Shown here piece after piece: positions 50,422 through 60,102 of a DNA stretch of 64,000 bases. This DNA comes from Pseudomonadota bacterium. GTDB lineage: Bacteria > Campylobacterota > Campylobacteria > Campylobacterales > Sulfurimonadaceae. How positions within the stretch are numbered: the stretch's first letter is position 1; each line of letters begins with the position of its first letter. The notes beneath the pieces were generated by a model, which was given only the letters and a program-made list of their open reading frames with translations, had not been told where the DNA came from and searched no databases. The position numbers and the translations under genes were made by a program. The stretch is taken from assembly GCA_043797085.1 (NCBI GenBank), contig JAZDQA010000007.1:32001-96000 (forward strand). The letters run 5' to 3'.

Positions 50422-51504
50422 GTGATTAAAATTTTACCAACGATTGGGATGCTTTTTATCGCATCACTCTCATTGTGGGCCAACTCCTCAAAAGAGTGTG
50501 TGCAATGTCACAGTTCCATCGTAAAAGAGTGGGAAACATCGGCGCATGCCATGGCGCACAGCAGTAAAAATGAACTGTATGCCAAAATGGTTGCCGGTGC
50601 TGCAAAAACCAACGGTGTTGAGCCTGCTAAAATAATGGAAAACTGTAATATTTGTCACGCACCCGCTGAGGATATTAAAGTTAAAGAAGAGGGTGTGGCC
50701 TGCGTTGCGTGCCATAGAATCGATGCGATAGAACATCAAAACAAAAGCAAACCCCCAATCGGTATGAATACCATTCGCTGGATGAAAGAAAACGTTATGG
50801 CAGGTCCTAGCGGAACAGGTAATTCTCCGTATCATGGGATTGTAAAACGTCCTTTCATGGAAGCAAACAGTGATACATTGTGTCTGGCGTGTCATAACGT
50901 GATGAAAAACAAGCAAGACATAGCTGTGTGCAATACGGGGGATGAACATCGCCGCGGCACAACCCAAAATACCTGTATCGAATGCCACATGGGCGATACA
51001 AAAATGGGACTCGTCTCTTCGCTTTCGACCTCCAAAAAGATGATGCGCTCTCATGGATTTCACGGTGCACGCAACAGTGAAATTTTGACCAAAGCGGTTG
51101 ATTTGAAACTTGCCAAAAAGAATGCTGATTTAACTCTAACGCTTACCAATCTCTCAAGCCACAATTTTCCGACGGGCACAGGCGTACGCATCGCTATGGT
51201 TGTCAGTGAGTTTTACAAAGGCAATGTAAAAATTTCCACGCAAACCGAAAAACTGGAAGTTATTTTTGCAGCAGCTGATGGCAACATAACCCTCCCTCCA
51301 ATGGCAAGTAAAGAACTAAGCGATACCCGTCTCAAACCTAATGAAGTTCGCATATTGGGCATCGTTATTCCAAAAGGAAGTACACACGCGGTTGTAACGA
51401 TCAATTATAGATTGGCAAAAGAGTCAATCGTCGAGAAATTTCAACTGAGTGACGAGAGGTTTAAGAAAGAGTATCGGGTCGTATCAAAAAAGATCAAACT
51501 TTAA
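50422..51504 (+). CDS. Periplasmic pentaheme c-type cytochrome
   Basis: Signal peptide; five CxxCH motifs (CVQCH, CNICH, CVACH, CLACH, CIECH); beta-rich C-terminal domain. Confidence 0.9.
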   Translation: MIKILPTIGMLFIASLSLWANSSKECVQCHSSIVKEWETSAHAMAHSSKNELYAKMVAGAAKTNGVEPAKIMENCNICHAPAEDIKVKEEGVACVACHRIDAIEHQNKSKPPIGMNTIRWMKENVMAGPSGTGNSPYHGIVKRPFMEANSDTLCLACHNVMKNKQDIAVCNTGDEHRRGTTQNTCIECHMGDTKMGLVSSLSTSKKMMRSHGFHGARNSEILTKAVDLKLAKKNADLTLTLTNLSSHNFPTGTGVRIAMVVSEFYKGNVKISTQTEKLEVIFAAADGNITLPPMASKELSDTRLKPNEVRILGIVIPKGSTHAVVTINYRLAKESIVEKFQLSDERFKKEYRVVSKKIKL

Positions 51505-51535
51505 TGCCTCTTGAATAAGGCATAAAGAATTTATT

Positions 51536-51703
51536 TTATAACGATGAATTGGCTTTTTGCTGCAATGAAGCGTGTTGGATTTCCAACTCTTCAAGCCGTT
51601 CCATTTTTTGGTAATGGCGCAGGTTTAAGGTGGTAAATTTGTAGCCTAAAAAGATGATCAAAGGCCAAAGCCCCAACCATAGAAATGCTTCGATGTATTC
51701 CAT
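51536..51703 (-). CDS. 55-aa single-TM protein, probable cytochrome bd small subunit
   Basis: Absent from the ORF track. AGGAG RBS; MEYIEAFLWLGLWPLIIFLGYKF..; last gene after cydB. Confidence 0.7.
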   Translation of the reverse strand: MEYIEAFLWLGLWPLIIFLGYKFTTLNLRHYQKMERLEELEIQHASLQQKANSSL

Positions 51704-51740
51704 AATATTCTCCTAGTAAAGTTCTGTCTTGAAGAAGCAA

Positions 51741-51832
51741 TCTCCCTCATCCGGAAGATGTGGGTAGCTTCAGGGGATTGTAGGGACATTTGTCCCTGCC
51801 ACTTTTTGGGCTTTGCTCGAAAAGTGTCTAAC
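51741..51832 (-). repeat. 92-bp structured intergenic repeat, family CD, copy D
   Basis: Its reverse complement is 80/92 identical to 22772-22863. Confidence 0.9.
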
Positions 51833-51837
51833 ATCAA

Positions 51838-52950
51838 TTAGTAGCTAAATGGATCGTTTTTGATCTCATCATGAGTGATAGGGCGAGCCATCGCTCTCCA
51901 AACGACTACAATATACCCTAATACGACAGGAACGAATAAAGAGACATATCCCATAACTGTTAAGGTGTATCGGCTGCCTGAACTGTTTGCCGTGGTCAAT
52001 GAACTTTGAATATCGACGTACGATGGATAAAAAGGTGCGCTTCCTACTCCCGTAGAAAAAAGAAGGGCAAAAACCATCAATACCGTTCCGGCAGCGGCAC
52101 ACCAGAATCCCGATTTTTTAGCTCTTATTCCTCCGAGAAGAAAAAGTCCCAATCCGATGACAAAAGGGGCTAGAACACTTATAGGATAGGTCATAAAGGT
52201 ATGAAAATAGCGATTCATTTCGATTAACACTCGATTATTTTCTACCATAAGTCCCGGAATGATAAAAATCCATGTAGCATACGCCGCTAAAGCAGCAACC
52301 GTGACGAGCATCTCAATGTGGAGCTTTTTGAGTGTTGAGCGTCTGATTTCATCCTCTTCAACGCTGTTAAGAATATACAACATTCCTAAAATACGTGAGA
52401 GCATCATTACGCTCACTCCTCCCAAAAGATTAAAAGGGATTAGTAATGCTTCAAGACCTCGCGTTGCAACCATCCAGTGTGACAGGTTCGTATCGTCCAC
52501 GATAAATGCTCCCCCTGAAAACATCGTAGAGATAATGACACCGATCAAAAAGGGAGCAAGATAGCCGTTGATACTCAAAAAAGTTTCGTACAAGCGTGAA
52601 CCGTAGACATTCCCTTTTTTAGTTCGGTATTCATACGAAACGGCTTGGATGATATAAGAGAACAATAGCGTCATCCATGCGAAATACGCGCCTCCGAAAC
52701 TCACGGCATAAAAGAGTGGAAACGCCGCGAAAACAGCACCTCCGAAAAGAACAAGGGTCGTAAAGCCAAGTTCCCATTTGCGTCCGAAAACATTGTAAAG
52801 CAAAGTTTTATCCGCTTCATTTTTGGCAATGGAGGGGATTAGAGCCTGACCTCCTTGAACAAACAGCATCATCGCTAAAAATCCGCCCAAGAGGGAGACA
52901 ATCCCCCACCAGTAATTTTGAAGCCATAGCAGTTCCCACGTCTCAAACAT
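51838..52950 (-). CDS. cydB: Cytochrome bd oxidase subunit II
   Basis: KWELGFTTLVLFGGAVFAAFP and SLTTANSSGS..TL; polytopic membrane protein. Start revised to ATG 52950. Confidence 0.93.
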   Translation of the reverse strand: MFETWELLWLQNYWWGIVSLLGGFLAMMLFVQGGQALIPSIAKNEADKTLLYNVFGRKWELGFTTLVLFGGAVFAAFPLFYAVSFGGAYFAWMTLLFSYIIQAVSYEYRTKKGNVYGSRLYETFLSINGYLAPFLIGVIISTMFSGGAFIVDDTNLSHWMVATRGLEALLIPFNLLGGVSVMMLSRILGMLYILNSVEEDEIRRSTLKKLHIEMLVTVAALAAYATWIFIIPGLMVENNRVLIEMNRYFHTFMTYPISVLAPFVIGLGLFLLGGIRAKKSGFWCAAAGTVLMVFALLFSTGVGSAPFYPSYVDIQSSLTTANSSGSRYTLTVMGYVSLFVPVVLGYIVVVWRAMARPITHDEIKNDPFSY

Positions 52951-54481
52951 GATCGTCTCCTTTTTCGGCAATGTGCGGTCCATTGGCTATCGCCGACATC
53001 ATAATCTTTATCTCTGCAATTAACAGCGTCGTAAAGAGGATGGCAAACGCCCAAAAGGTAATTTTAACTGTCATAGTACTCAGGGCACTTACCCCTTTCA
53101 TCGTGGGGAGAAGGTCTTGGATAACCCACGGTTGACGTCCCACTTCAGCAACAATCCATCCCGCTTCGCACGCAACAAATCCAAGCGGAATGGACATAAA
53201 GGTAATCCATAACGCCCAGTGTGTATTGATGAGTTCATTGGTCATTGAAAGATACAACAGAACGATAAATAAAACGATAAAAAAGGAGCCCAGTCCGACC
53301 ATTACGTGGAAACTGTAAAAGGTCAATGCGATGGGGGGAACCGTTTGAAGCGCATCGGTGAAATGACCGTAGCCCATGTACGATTGGTTTGCATCAAACG
53401 CTTTTAAACTTGCTTCTGCGTCAGCGGTATTGTTCGATTTCTTGGCTTCATGGTAGGCATCTAAATCACTCAATGCCGCACGTCCTCGTTGTATTTTCTC
53501 ATCGGCACTCATAATACCGAACTTTTCATTGCCATTGATGAGATCATTGATCCCTGGAACAAAAGCGTTAATGTCGTGGTATCCTAGAAGTGAGAGGGCA
53601 TAGGGTATTTGAATGTCTCCGTAAAACTCCGGAAGATCATCACCCACTTTTTTATCCGGATTTAAAATTCCAAATGCAACAATCCCTGCACGCCCTTCAC
53701 CCTCATAAAGCCCTTCCATTGCCGCAAGTTTCATCGGCTGTTTTTGAGCCACTTGATGTGCAGATTCATCACCGCTTAAAAGTAAAAAGAGAGATGCAAA
53801 GAGTCCAAAAGAAGAAGCGACGATAATGCTGCGGCGGGCAAACTGTGTTTCGCGTCCACGGATCAAAAACCATGCAGAAACGCCGACGACGAAAACAGCA
53901 GCGGTTACATATCCACCGCCGATGGTATGGAGAAATTTGGCAACGGCAACCGGAGAGAAGATCACTTCCCAAAAGTTCCCCATCTCATAGCGCATCGAAT
54001 CGGGATTAAAATTCATCCCAACGGGATGCTGCATCCAGCCGTTTGCGACTAGAATCCACAATGCCGAGAGATTGGTTCCGATGGCAACCAGCCAAGCGGA
54101 TGTGAGGTGAAATCCTTTTGAGACGCGGTTCCACCCGAAGAAAAGAACAACAAAAAAAGTCGATTCGAGAAAAAAAGCAAAAATCCCCTCGATTGCCAGC
54201 GGTGCGCCGAAAATGTCCCCGACGATCCACGAGTACGCTGCCCAGTTGGTTCCAAACTCGAACTCCATGATAAGACCAGTTGCAACGCCGATAACGAAGT
54301 TGATTCCGAAAAGTTTGACCCAAAACTTGGTCGTAGAGAGCCATTTCTCATCCCCTGTTTTGACGTAAATCGTTTCCATAATGGCAACAAGAAAAGAGAG
54401 TCCAAGCGTGAGCGGAACAAATAAAAAGTGGTAAATTGCCGTTAACGCAAACTGCGCACGCGACCAGTCGATGAGATCCAT
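52943..54481 (-). CDS. cydA: Cytochrome bd oxidase subunit I
   Basis: SRAQFALTAIYHFLF, EFEFGTNW, QPMKLAAME and EVGRQPW. Confidence 0.97.
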   Translation of the reverse strand: MDLIDWSRAQFALTAIYHFLFVPLTLGLSFLVAIMETIYVKTGDEKWLSTTKFWVKLFGINFVIGVATGLIMEFEFGTNWAAYSWIVGDIFGAPLAIEGIFAFFLESTFFVVLFFGWNRVSKGFHLTSAWLVAIGTNLSALWILVANGWMQHPVGMNFNPDSMRYEMGNFWEVIFSPVAVAKFLHTIGGGYVTAAVFVVGVSAWFLIRGRETQFARRSIIVASSFGLFASLFLLLSGDESAHQVAQKQPMKLAAMEGLYEGEGRAGIVAFGILNPDKKVGDDLPEFYGDIQIPYALSLLGYHDINAFVPGINDLINGNEKFGIMSADEKIQRGRAALSDLDAYHEAKKSNNTADAEASLKAFDANQSYMGYGHFTDALQTVPPIALTFYSFHVMVGLGSFFIVLFIVLLYLSMTNELINTHWALWITFMSIPLGFVACEAGWIVAEVGRQPWVIQDLLPTMKGVSALSTMTVKITFWAFAILFTTLLIAEIKIMMSAIANGPHIAEKGDDHV

Positions 54482-54496
54482 GGTACGGTTCCTTTG

Positions 54497-54688
54497 TTAG
54501 GGATTAAAGGTTTCTGCAATTCGTGCAGGAGCCTCTTGCGGAGCATTTTTATAAGGGTTGTCCGAAAAAAATTGAAAAAGTCCCCAGATGATGATGAGTT
54601 TAAGAACGAGTACCATCATCAGCTTATTTTTAAGGTTCATCGCGCGCCATAAATCACGATACATGGATGCGATAGACTCCAGTTTCAT
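54497..54688 (-). CDS. DUF4492-like small membrane protein upstream of cydA
   Basis: MYRDLWRAMNLKNKLMMVLVLKLIIIW pattern and position; ATG 54688 follows GGAG. Confidence 0.65.
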   Translation of the reverse strand: MKLESIASMYRDLWRAMNLKNKLMMVLVLKLIIIWGLFQFFSDNPYKNAPQEAPARIAETFNP

Positions 54689-54690
54689 AC

Positions 54691-55077
54691 TTATCTCCAT
54701 TGCAATTCTTCGATCAGATGATCGTAAACATACTGAATTTTTTGCGCATCGGGTTCACCTTTGTAATCCATTTGAGCACGTGCGATTGTAGTGTTTTGTT
54801 CCTTGATCGAAATACGGATATATCCATCAAAGTCAGTTCCTAAGGAACGGCTTTGGGCATTGGTACAATGGGCACTGTGAGTATAGACTTCTAAGTGAAG
54901 GGGAGCCTTGGAATCGTTTTTAAAATCGCTCTTGAGAGTACCGCTTATATCCTCAATATAAAGTGCCAAGGGAGGATGTGCGATGAAATCAGGCTTTGCG
55001 ATTTCAGTATAAATTTCCCGTTCCAAGCATCCGCCGAGAAACAGGAGGTAGAACAGGAGAAATAAATATTTTTTCAT
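54691..55077 (-). CDS. Putative lipoprotein
   Basis: MKK, a hydrophobic stretch and an LGGC lipobox. Confidence 0.7.
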   Translation of the reverse strand: MKKYLFLLFYLLFLGGCLEREIYTEIAKPDFIAHPPLALYIEDISGTLKSDFKNDSKAPLHLEVYTHSAHCTNAQSRSLGTDFDGYIRISIKEQNTTIARAQMDYKGEPDAQKIQYVYDHLIEELQWR

Positions 55078-55080
55078 GAG

Positions 55081-55506
55081 CTATACGTGGGAGTGCTGTC
55101 CACAGCATTTTCCAGTATGTGAATGTGCGTGGCCGTGGGTGTGAGTTTTATGATCATGTTCTCCCAAGAGTGAATCAAAGTTGTCAGAGGTTACTTCGAC
55201 CAGTTCGTTGGCATGAAGCAACTTTAAGGCATCTGTTGCGGTTAATCGGGTATGTCCAGCAAAATAGACTTTGATTCCATAACTTTTTAGTAATACAAAC
55301 GGATTCATCCCCAAATGAGAGATGATTAAAACATCAACATTGTTCGCGACTAAGATCCGCGCAACATCGCGTCCGCCGTTTTGTTCCATCTTTTCGACGG
55401 TTATTTCGTTATCATCATTTGCAAATGCAAAATATTTGGCATTCCCAAAGAGTGGAGCCAGAGCAGCATCGGCAGAAGCAGTTTTAACGGGCATAGAAAC
55501 TATCAT
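55081..55506 (-). CDS. NifB/NifX-family protein with His/Cys-rich tail
   Basis: FGNAKYF and LIISHLG; tail HDHKTHTHGHAHSHTGKCCGQHSH. Confidence 0.85.
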   Translation of the reverse strand: MIVSMPVKTASADAALAPLFGNAKYFAFANDDNEITVEKMEQNGGRDVARILVANNVDVLIISHLGMNPFVLLKSYGIKVYFAGHTRLTATDALKLLHANELVEVTSDNFDSLLGEHDHKTHTHGHAHSHTGKCCGQHSHV

Positions 55507-55521
55507 AATAAATCCTTTGGA

Positions 55522-55896
55522 TTAATGGTTTGAGCAGCTCATATCGCTGTTCATAAGGGTAAGCTGATTGGCTAAAAAAGCGTTCAGCGATTGTTCGACA
55601 TTGAGCGATATGTTATCGTGATAAACCGCTAATCCCTTTTGTGCAAATCCTTGTAGCGGTGAGCCGCCTATTCCTGAAACAATCAGGGCATTAGCTCCGA
55701 GAATACAGATATTTTCGACTGCACCACCACATCCGCTTGCTTTATGACCTTCGTTTTTGACGACACTCACATCTTCAATTTTTCCTTCTTGAGTCAGTTC
55801 AACGACAGTATAAAAGTTGGCTCGACCAAAATGGGCATCTCGTTTTGAGAGGAGACCGTGGTGTTCATTGGTAGGGAATACTATTTTTGTATTCAT
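55522..55896 (-). CDS. NifB/NifX-family protein
   Basis: AHFGRANFY, GCGG, LIVSGIG and C-terminal SCSNH. Confidence 0.85.
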   Translation of the reverse strand: MNTKIVFPTNEHHGLLSKRDAHFGRANFYTVVELTQEGKIEDVSVVKNEGHKASGCGGAVENICILGANALIVSGIGGSPLQGFAQKGLAVYHDNISLNVEQSLNAFLANQLTLMNSDMSCSNH

Positions 55897-55930
55897 AGTT
55901 AAACTCCTTGTGTAAATTTCTATAAGTAAT

Positions 55931-56067
55931 TTAGCATATGTAAAATTAAAATGATATTAATACTATCTTATAATACATATAACTTGCTCTTAATATGCCT
56001 AATATACAAGATTTTACGCTATTCAGAAAGTGTTATGGCGAAATAAATTATAATTATCATATGTAAA
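55931..56067. promoter_or_regulatory. Two near-identical palindromes TTA(G/T)CATATGTAAA (55931-55944, 56054-56067) in the divergent promoter region
   Basis: 13/14 identical with a CATATG core; one lies near each divergent start. Confidence 0.55.
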
Positions 56068-56081
56068 TACTAGGGAATACG

Positions 56082-56708
56082 ATGAAAACAGGAAAAAAAC
56101 GAAATATTACCTTCAAACCTACTTGCTTTTCATATGGTCCTTTAACTCAATTACCCAAAGAAACCATGCAATTACGAGATGATGAACTCGAAGCGCTCTA
56201 TCTAGCCGATTTTAAAGTTCTGTATCATGAAGAGTGTGCACTTTCGCTCGGAATTTCTCGTCCGACGTTTGCCAAGCTGATTAAACAAGCGCGTAAAAAA
56301 ATGGTAGAGATGGTGATGTATGGCAAAGCCATTGAGCTCATACGAGAGCCTCATAGTTTCACTCTCGTATTTCCGACAGATGATCGTATCTCAATTCATC
56401 CTTATTTTTTAGTTGCCAAACTGTTTGCTTTTGCTAAAGTTGAAGAAGGGTTAATTTCATCGATTACGTATAAAGAGAACCCGATATATCGAGAACTTTT
56501 TCAAAATGAGGCAGAAATTGTGAACGATGAAAGTGCCAAAGGACTTGCTGCGGGTCGGATTATTCCGCCACTTTTAGAAGAAGCGACCATTTTAGTTGCA
56601 CGAACGCTTGGGGATGGGATACGACGAAATATCGAGGGGATGGGGATAGCCATTGAGCTAACCCAAACTAGCAACCTTGATACGGTTATTGCTGAGTTGA
56701 TAGTTTAA
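56082..56708 (+). CDS. DUF134 HTH protein fused to a NifX-like domain
   Basis: DELEALYLAD..CALSLGISRPTFAKLIKQARKK; C-terminal FPTDD..HPYF..LGDG. Confidence 0.8.
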   Translation: MKTGKKRNITFKPTCFSYGPLTQLPKETMQLRDDELEALYLADFKVLYHEECALSLGISRPTFAKLIKQARKKMVEMVMYGKAIELIREPHSFTLVFPTDDRISIHPYFLVAKLFAFAKVEEGLISSITYKENPIYRELFQNEAEIVNDESAKGLAAGRIIPPLLEEATILVARTLGDGIRRNIEGMGIAIELTQTSNLDTVIAELIV

Positions 56709-57084
56709 TTCCCTTAACCCAGCCCTCCATCGTTTCATTGATTGCATACATCGGTGCTTCTAAAAAGGTGATAACAAAATTTTCACCCATATCGCACACA
56801 CCAATGGAACGAGGGCGGGGGGCCATCATTTCAGGTCTGGGCAGTTTTTGACCGAAACAAAAGATGACCATCTTCGCTTCACTCATGAGAGGATTAATCT
56901 CTCCGCCAAGAGAAGTTGTATGGGCGTGATGGTCGAACTCTCCGATGTAAGCGGCAACTGGATTCGCTGCAATTTGATCTTTTAAATAGCTGATGATCCC
57001 ATCGACATTGGAGTAACGTGATTCTTTTTTAGCGATTTCAAGTGTATAGATGGGATATTTTTCCATAAAAGTGGTCTGTTTCAA
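56686..57084 (-). CDS. Conserved hypothetical protein (DUF302-like fold possible)
   Basis: FDHHAHT..IFCFG..RPRSIGV; follows the sqrF-like gene on the same strand; TTG start. Confidence 0.6.
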   Translation of the reverse strand: MKQTTFMEKYPIYTLEIAKKESRYSNVDGIISYLKDQIAANPVAAYIGEFDHHAHTTSLGGEINPLMSEAKMVIFCFGQKLPRPEMMAPRPRSIGVCDMGENFVITFLEAPMYAINETMEGWVKGIKLSTQQ

Positions 57085-57124
57085 AACATGTTTCCTTAAT
57101 TTTGTTAGTTTAGATAAAGCTCTA

Positions 57125-58294
57125 TTACATCCCGGGAATACGAGGAATATAACCCATTTTCGACATTTTGTAATACCATCCCCATCCGATTTTCATCCAA
57201 TGCCCTATAATCGGCATAGGGATGAGGAGTGCTTTTTTATCGTCACGGTAAACAAACCCTGCACCATTGCCCATATCCATAACACAGAGGATATTGAGGT
57301 GATTTTTGTACCCTTTTTTCTCCCCGGATTTGAGACCGACGGTTATTGCGCTGTTGTGAGCGGCATTGCGTGCCATGACTTCGGCGATGTGCCCTTGTTT
57401 GGCTTTCCAGTCGGGACCTTCCAGTGCCGCAGCATCACCGATGGCATACCATCCTTTAACCCCTTCAATTTCACAAAAATCATTAATACGGATAAAGTCG
57501 GCATTGTTGAGGGGTAGATTGCTCTCTTTGATAAGCTGCTGTCCGTTACCAGCGGGGATAAACATTGTTAAATCACTCTCGAGATTGCTTCCATCTTCAA
57601 AAACGATTCTTTCGGACTCAAAACGGGTAATTTTTTTACCGTACCGTTCGCCAAAGTTATTTTTTTTGAACATCATCGCCATGAGATTGAGGGCTTTTTC
57701 TCCCATACGTGCACCAGGAGTTGCCATCGGGGCGAAAAATGTCATTTCGAAATTATCTCGAATTCCCAATTTTTTGAGTTTATGATGGAGGTTAAAAAAG
57801 AGCTCAAATCCAGGACCGCCTCGTACACCGCTTGAGTCATTGGGATTGCCGCCAAATCCGAATGCGATTTTCCCCGATCCTTTTTCGATTAAGGCATCAA
57901 TTCTTTTTTTGAGTAACAGTGATTGTTCCGGAGCTCCACAAATAGAGAGTGTATGTTCGAGCCCTTCATGTTTCATTTTTCCCGAGCCCAGTGCTATTAC
58001 GAGGTGATCGACTTGGCATTCACCCTCTTTTTCAAGTGTGATGGTTTTTGTAAGAGCATCGATTGCAATGACACGATCAAGGGTGAGGACAAAATTGTGA
58101 CGTTCTGCAAATTTATTTAGGGGTAAAGCAACATCATCAAAGGCATACGTTCCAACGGGAATCCAAATTGAGATAGGGAAGCTATAGAGATAGTCCCGAT
58201 CGCTGATCAGCTCGACGTCAAACCCTTCTTTTCGGTAAAAAATTGCTGCTTCAAGTCCGGCAATCCCACCGCCAATAATGGTAACATTTTTCAT
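57125..58294 (-). CDS. Type VI sulfide:quinone oxidoreductase (SqrF-like)
   Basis: GGGIAG, SICG, GFGGNP..VRGGP.FE, KQGH and LCVMD. Confidence 0.8.
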   Translation of the reverse strand: MKNVTIIGGGIAGLEAAIFYRKEGFDVELISDRDYLYSFPISIWIPVGTYAFDDVALPLNKFAERHNFVLTLDRVIAIDALTKTITLEKEGECQVDHLVIALGSGKMKHEGLEHTLSICGAPEQSLLLKKRIDALIEKGSGKIAFGFGGNPNDSSGVRGGPGFELFFNLHHKLKKLGIRDNFEMTFFAPMATPGARMGEKALNLMAMMFKKNNFGERYGKKITRFESERIVFEDGSNLESDLTMFIPAGNGQQLIKESNLPLNNADFIRINDFCEIEGVKGWYAIGDAAALEGPDWKAKQGHIAEVMARNAAHNSAITVGLKSGEKKGYKNHLNILCVMDMGNGAGFVYRDDKKALLIPMPIIGHWMKIGWGWYYKMSKMGYIPRIPGM

Positions 58295-58355
58295 TGTTAT
58301 ACCCTTTTAAATATTGTTTGCAAATAATAATTATTGCTTTTAACTATCAATGTGA

Positions 58356-58384
58356 ATTATAATATGAATGACGCTTAAAGTCAA
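58356..58384 (-). promoter_or_regulatory. sigma70-like promoter TTGACT-17bp-TATAAT for the sqrF-like gene
   Basis: agtcaa at 58379-58384 and attata at 58356-58361 on the + strand. Confidence 0.55.
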
Positions 58385-58412
58385 TGGTATAGTTTATTTA
58401 TACCGTCAATTT

Positions 58413-58658
58413 TTATTTATGAGAGATGGTTTTTTTTGAAGAGAAGAGTCTTTTGCCTAGTTGGAGTATCATTCGTAAGATTGCGATGATACTGTATACA
58501 ATGGCTGTATAAACGAGAGGGTGAAAATAGTTACCCTTCTCCATCATAGTGGCAAAACGAAGCAATGGATTGTTTAGAAGATCGGGATGCATCAGGAATG
58601 CTAAAATTGGCAGTAAAATACCAAAAATAGCAATCTCCCGAAGCAAAGTTTTGTTCAT
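58413..58658 (-). CDS. Small two-TM membrane protein
   Basis: Two hydrophobic segments with MHPD and HPL; starts 1 bp after the upstream stop. Confidence 0.7.
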   Translation of the reverse strand: MNKTLLREIAIFGILLPILAFLMHPDLLNNPLLRFATMMEKGNYFHPLVYTAIVYSIIAILRMILQLGKRLFSSKKTISHK

Positions 58659-58659
58659 T

Positions 58660-60093
58660 CTACATTAAACCGCGCATCATCAAATGCCAGTACATCGGTT
58701 TGAGCATATAGAGGTCAAATGCCCACCAAATCCAGCGTTCTTCTTCAACAGCAAGAGGAAACGACGGTGCAGCACCGAGGTAATTGAACTCAGCTAAGAT
58801 AATTTTGCCGTATTGAGTTTTCAACGGACATACCGTGTAGCCGTCAAATTTTTCAGTAAGGGCTTTTTTCTCCATTTGAGAAATCAGATTGGCAACCATA
58901 ATCGGTCCGTGATGGCGAGCACTTCCTCCAGTTTTACCCAGTGGGATACCGCACACATCACCGATTCCGAAGACATTAGGGTAGCGATTGTGTTGAAGTG
59001 TGTCTTGATCCACTTCCAGCCACCCTTTTGCTGACCCTTTTTGCCATGCAAGGGCTGAATTAAAGACAGCATCCGGTGCAGACATCGGAGGAACAATATG
59101 GATAAAATCGTATTCCATCGGTACACGCTCAACGGTGGTGATGGTTTCATACTCTTCTAAATCTTCGTCGTAAGCCCCTTTGGTCTCTACTTTGGTTTCA
59201 AACGTAGCGATTTTTTTCTCCCCGTCGATAGCAACGAGATTGTGTTTAAATTTATTGGTGATATTTCCATAACGCGGTTGAACCACTTCATTGAGTGCTT
59301 TGTTGACAGCAGGAACACCGAAAAGTTTATCGCCGTTAAGGGCAAAGGTGAAATCAGCCGTTAGTCCATCTTGTTTGAGAAAGTCATCACTGAGATAGAG
59401 AATCTTTTGGGGAGCACCACCACATTTGATCGGAGTTGCAGGCTGAGTACAGATGACGCGAGATTTCCCTTTTTTCGCCGCTTCTTTAACGTCATTAAAC
59501 CACTGCCATGTAATAGAACCGCCCGCAGCTGTCCCCTTTTCCAAATCATTGAGATAAACGCTAGAAATACCATTTTTACCGATCATATCGATGGTAAGAC
59601 CTTCGATTTTTTCATAATGGTAGACTAATCCAGTGGCTACAACGAGATAGTCATAAGAGACTTTTTCCCCTTTTCGAGTAGTAAGGGTATTGTTGTCGGG
59701 ATCAAATGTAGCGACTTCGTCTTTGATCCATTTGACATCATCGGGAATCAAATCGAGATTGCTTCCCATAATGTCTTCAGGTGCGTATTCACCCGCAGCG
59801 ACAAACACTTGTCCCGGTTGGTAAATATGACCTTCGTTTGGAGTGATGATCGTGATGTCTGGGTTGGAGAGTGCTTTGCGCAAACGTGCCATCGCCATAA
59901 TACCGCCGGCACCACCGCCAACGATAACAATTTTACCTTTGGCATCTGAAGCCATAGCATTCGTACCATTACTGCTGCCAGCAGAGGCAAGAACACCTGC
60001 CGCGATAGGGGAAAGACCCATAAAGCGTAGCGCTTCACGACGGGTCATACCGGATTTGATTTCATTGAGTGCGTCAAGTTCGAGTTTAGACAT
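58660..60093 (-). CDS. Tat-signal type II-like sulfide:quinone oxidoreductase (SqrB-like), copy 2
   Basis: TRREALR, VGGGAGG, KCGGAPQKI and DGYTVCP; close paralogue of 40580-42010. Confidence 0.82.
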   Translation of the reverse strand: MSKLELDALNEIKSGMTRREALRFMGLSPIAAGVLASAGSSNGTNAMASDAKGKIVIVGGGAGGIMAMARLRKALSNPDITIITPNEGHIYQPGQVFVAAGEYAPEDIMGSNLDLIPDDVKWIKDEVATFDPDNNTLTTRKGEKVSYDYLVVATGLVYHYEKIEGLTIDMIGKNGISSVYLNDLEKGTAAGGSITWQWFNDVKEAAKKGKSRVICTQPATPIKCGGAPQKILYLSDDFLKQDGLTADFTFALNGDKLFGVPAVNKALNEVVQPRYGNITNKFKHNLVAIDGEKKIATFETKVETKGAYDEDLEEYETITTVERVPMEYDFIHIVPPMSAPDAVFNSALAWQKGSAKGWLEVDQDTLQHNRYPNVFGIGDVCGIPLGKTGGSARHHGPIMVANLISQMEKKALTEKFDGYTVCPLKTQYGKIILAEFNYLGAAPSFPLAVEEERWIWWAFDLYMLKPMYWHLMMRGLM

Positions 60094-60102
60094 AAAAGCT
60101 CC

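Noticed and set aside
55081..55896. Nitrogen fixation genes
   Set aside because: NifB/NifX-like domains are widespread outside diazotrophy, and no nifHDK is in the window.
58365..58378. TGAATGACGCTTAA as another TetR operator
   Set aside because: Only the left half-site matches, and the region is AT-rich enough for chance matches.
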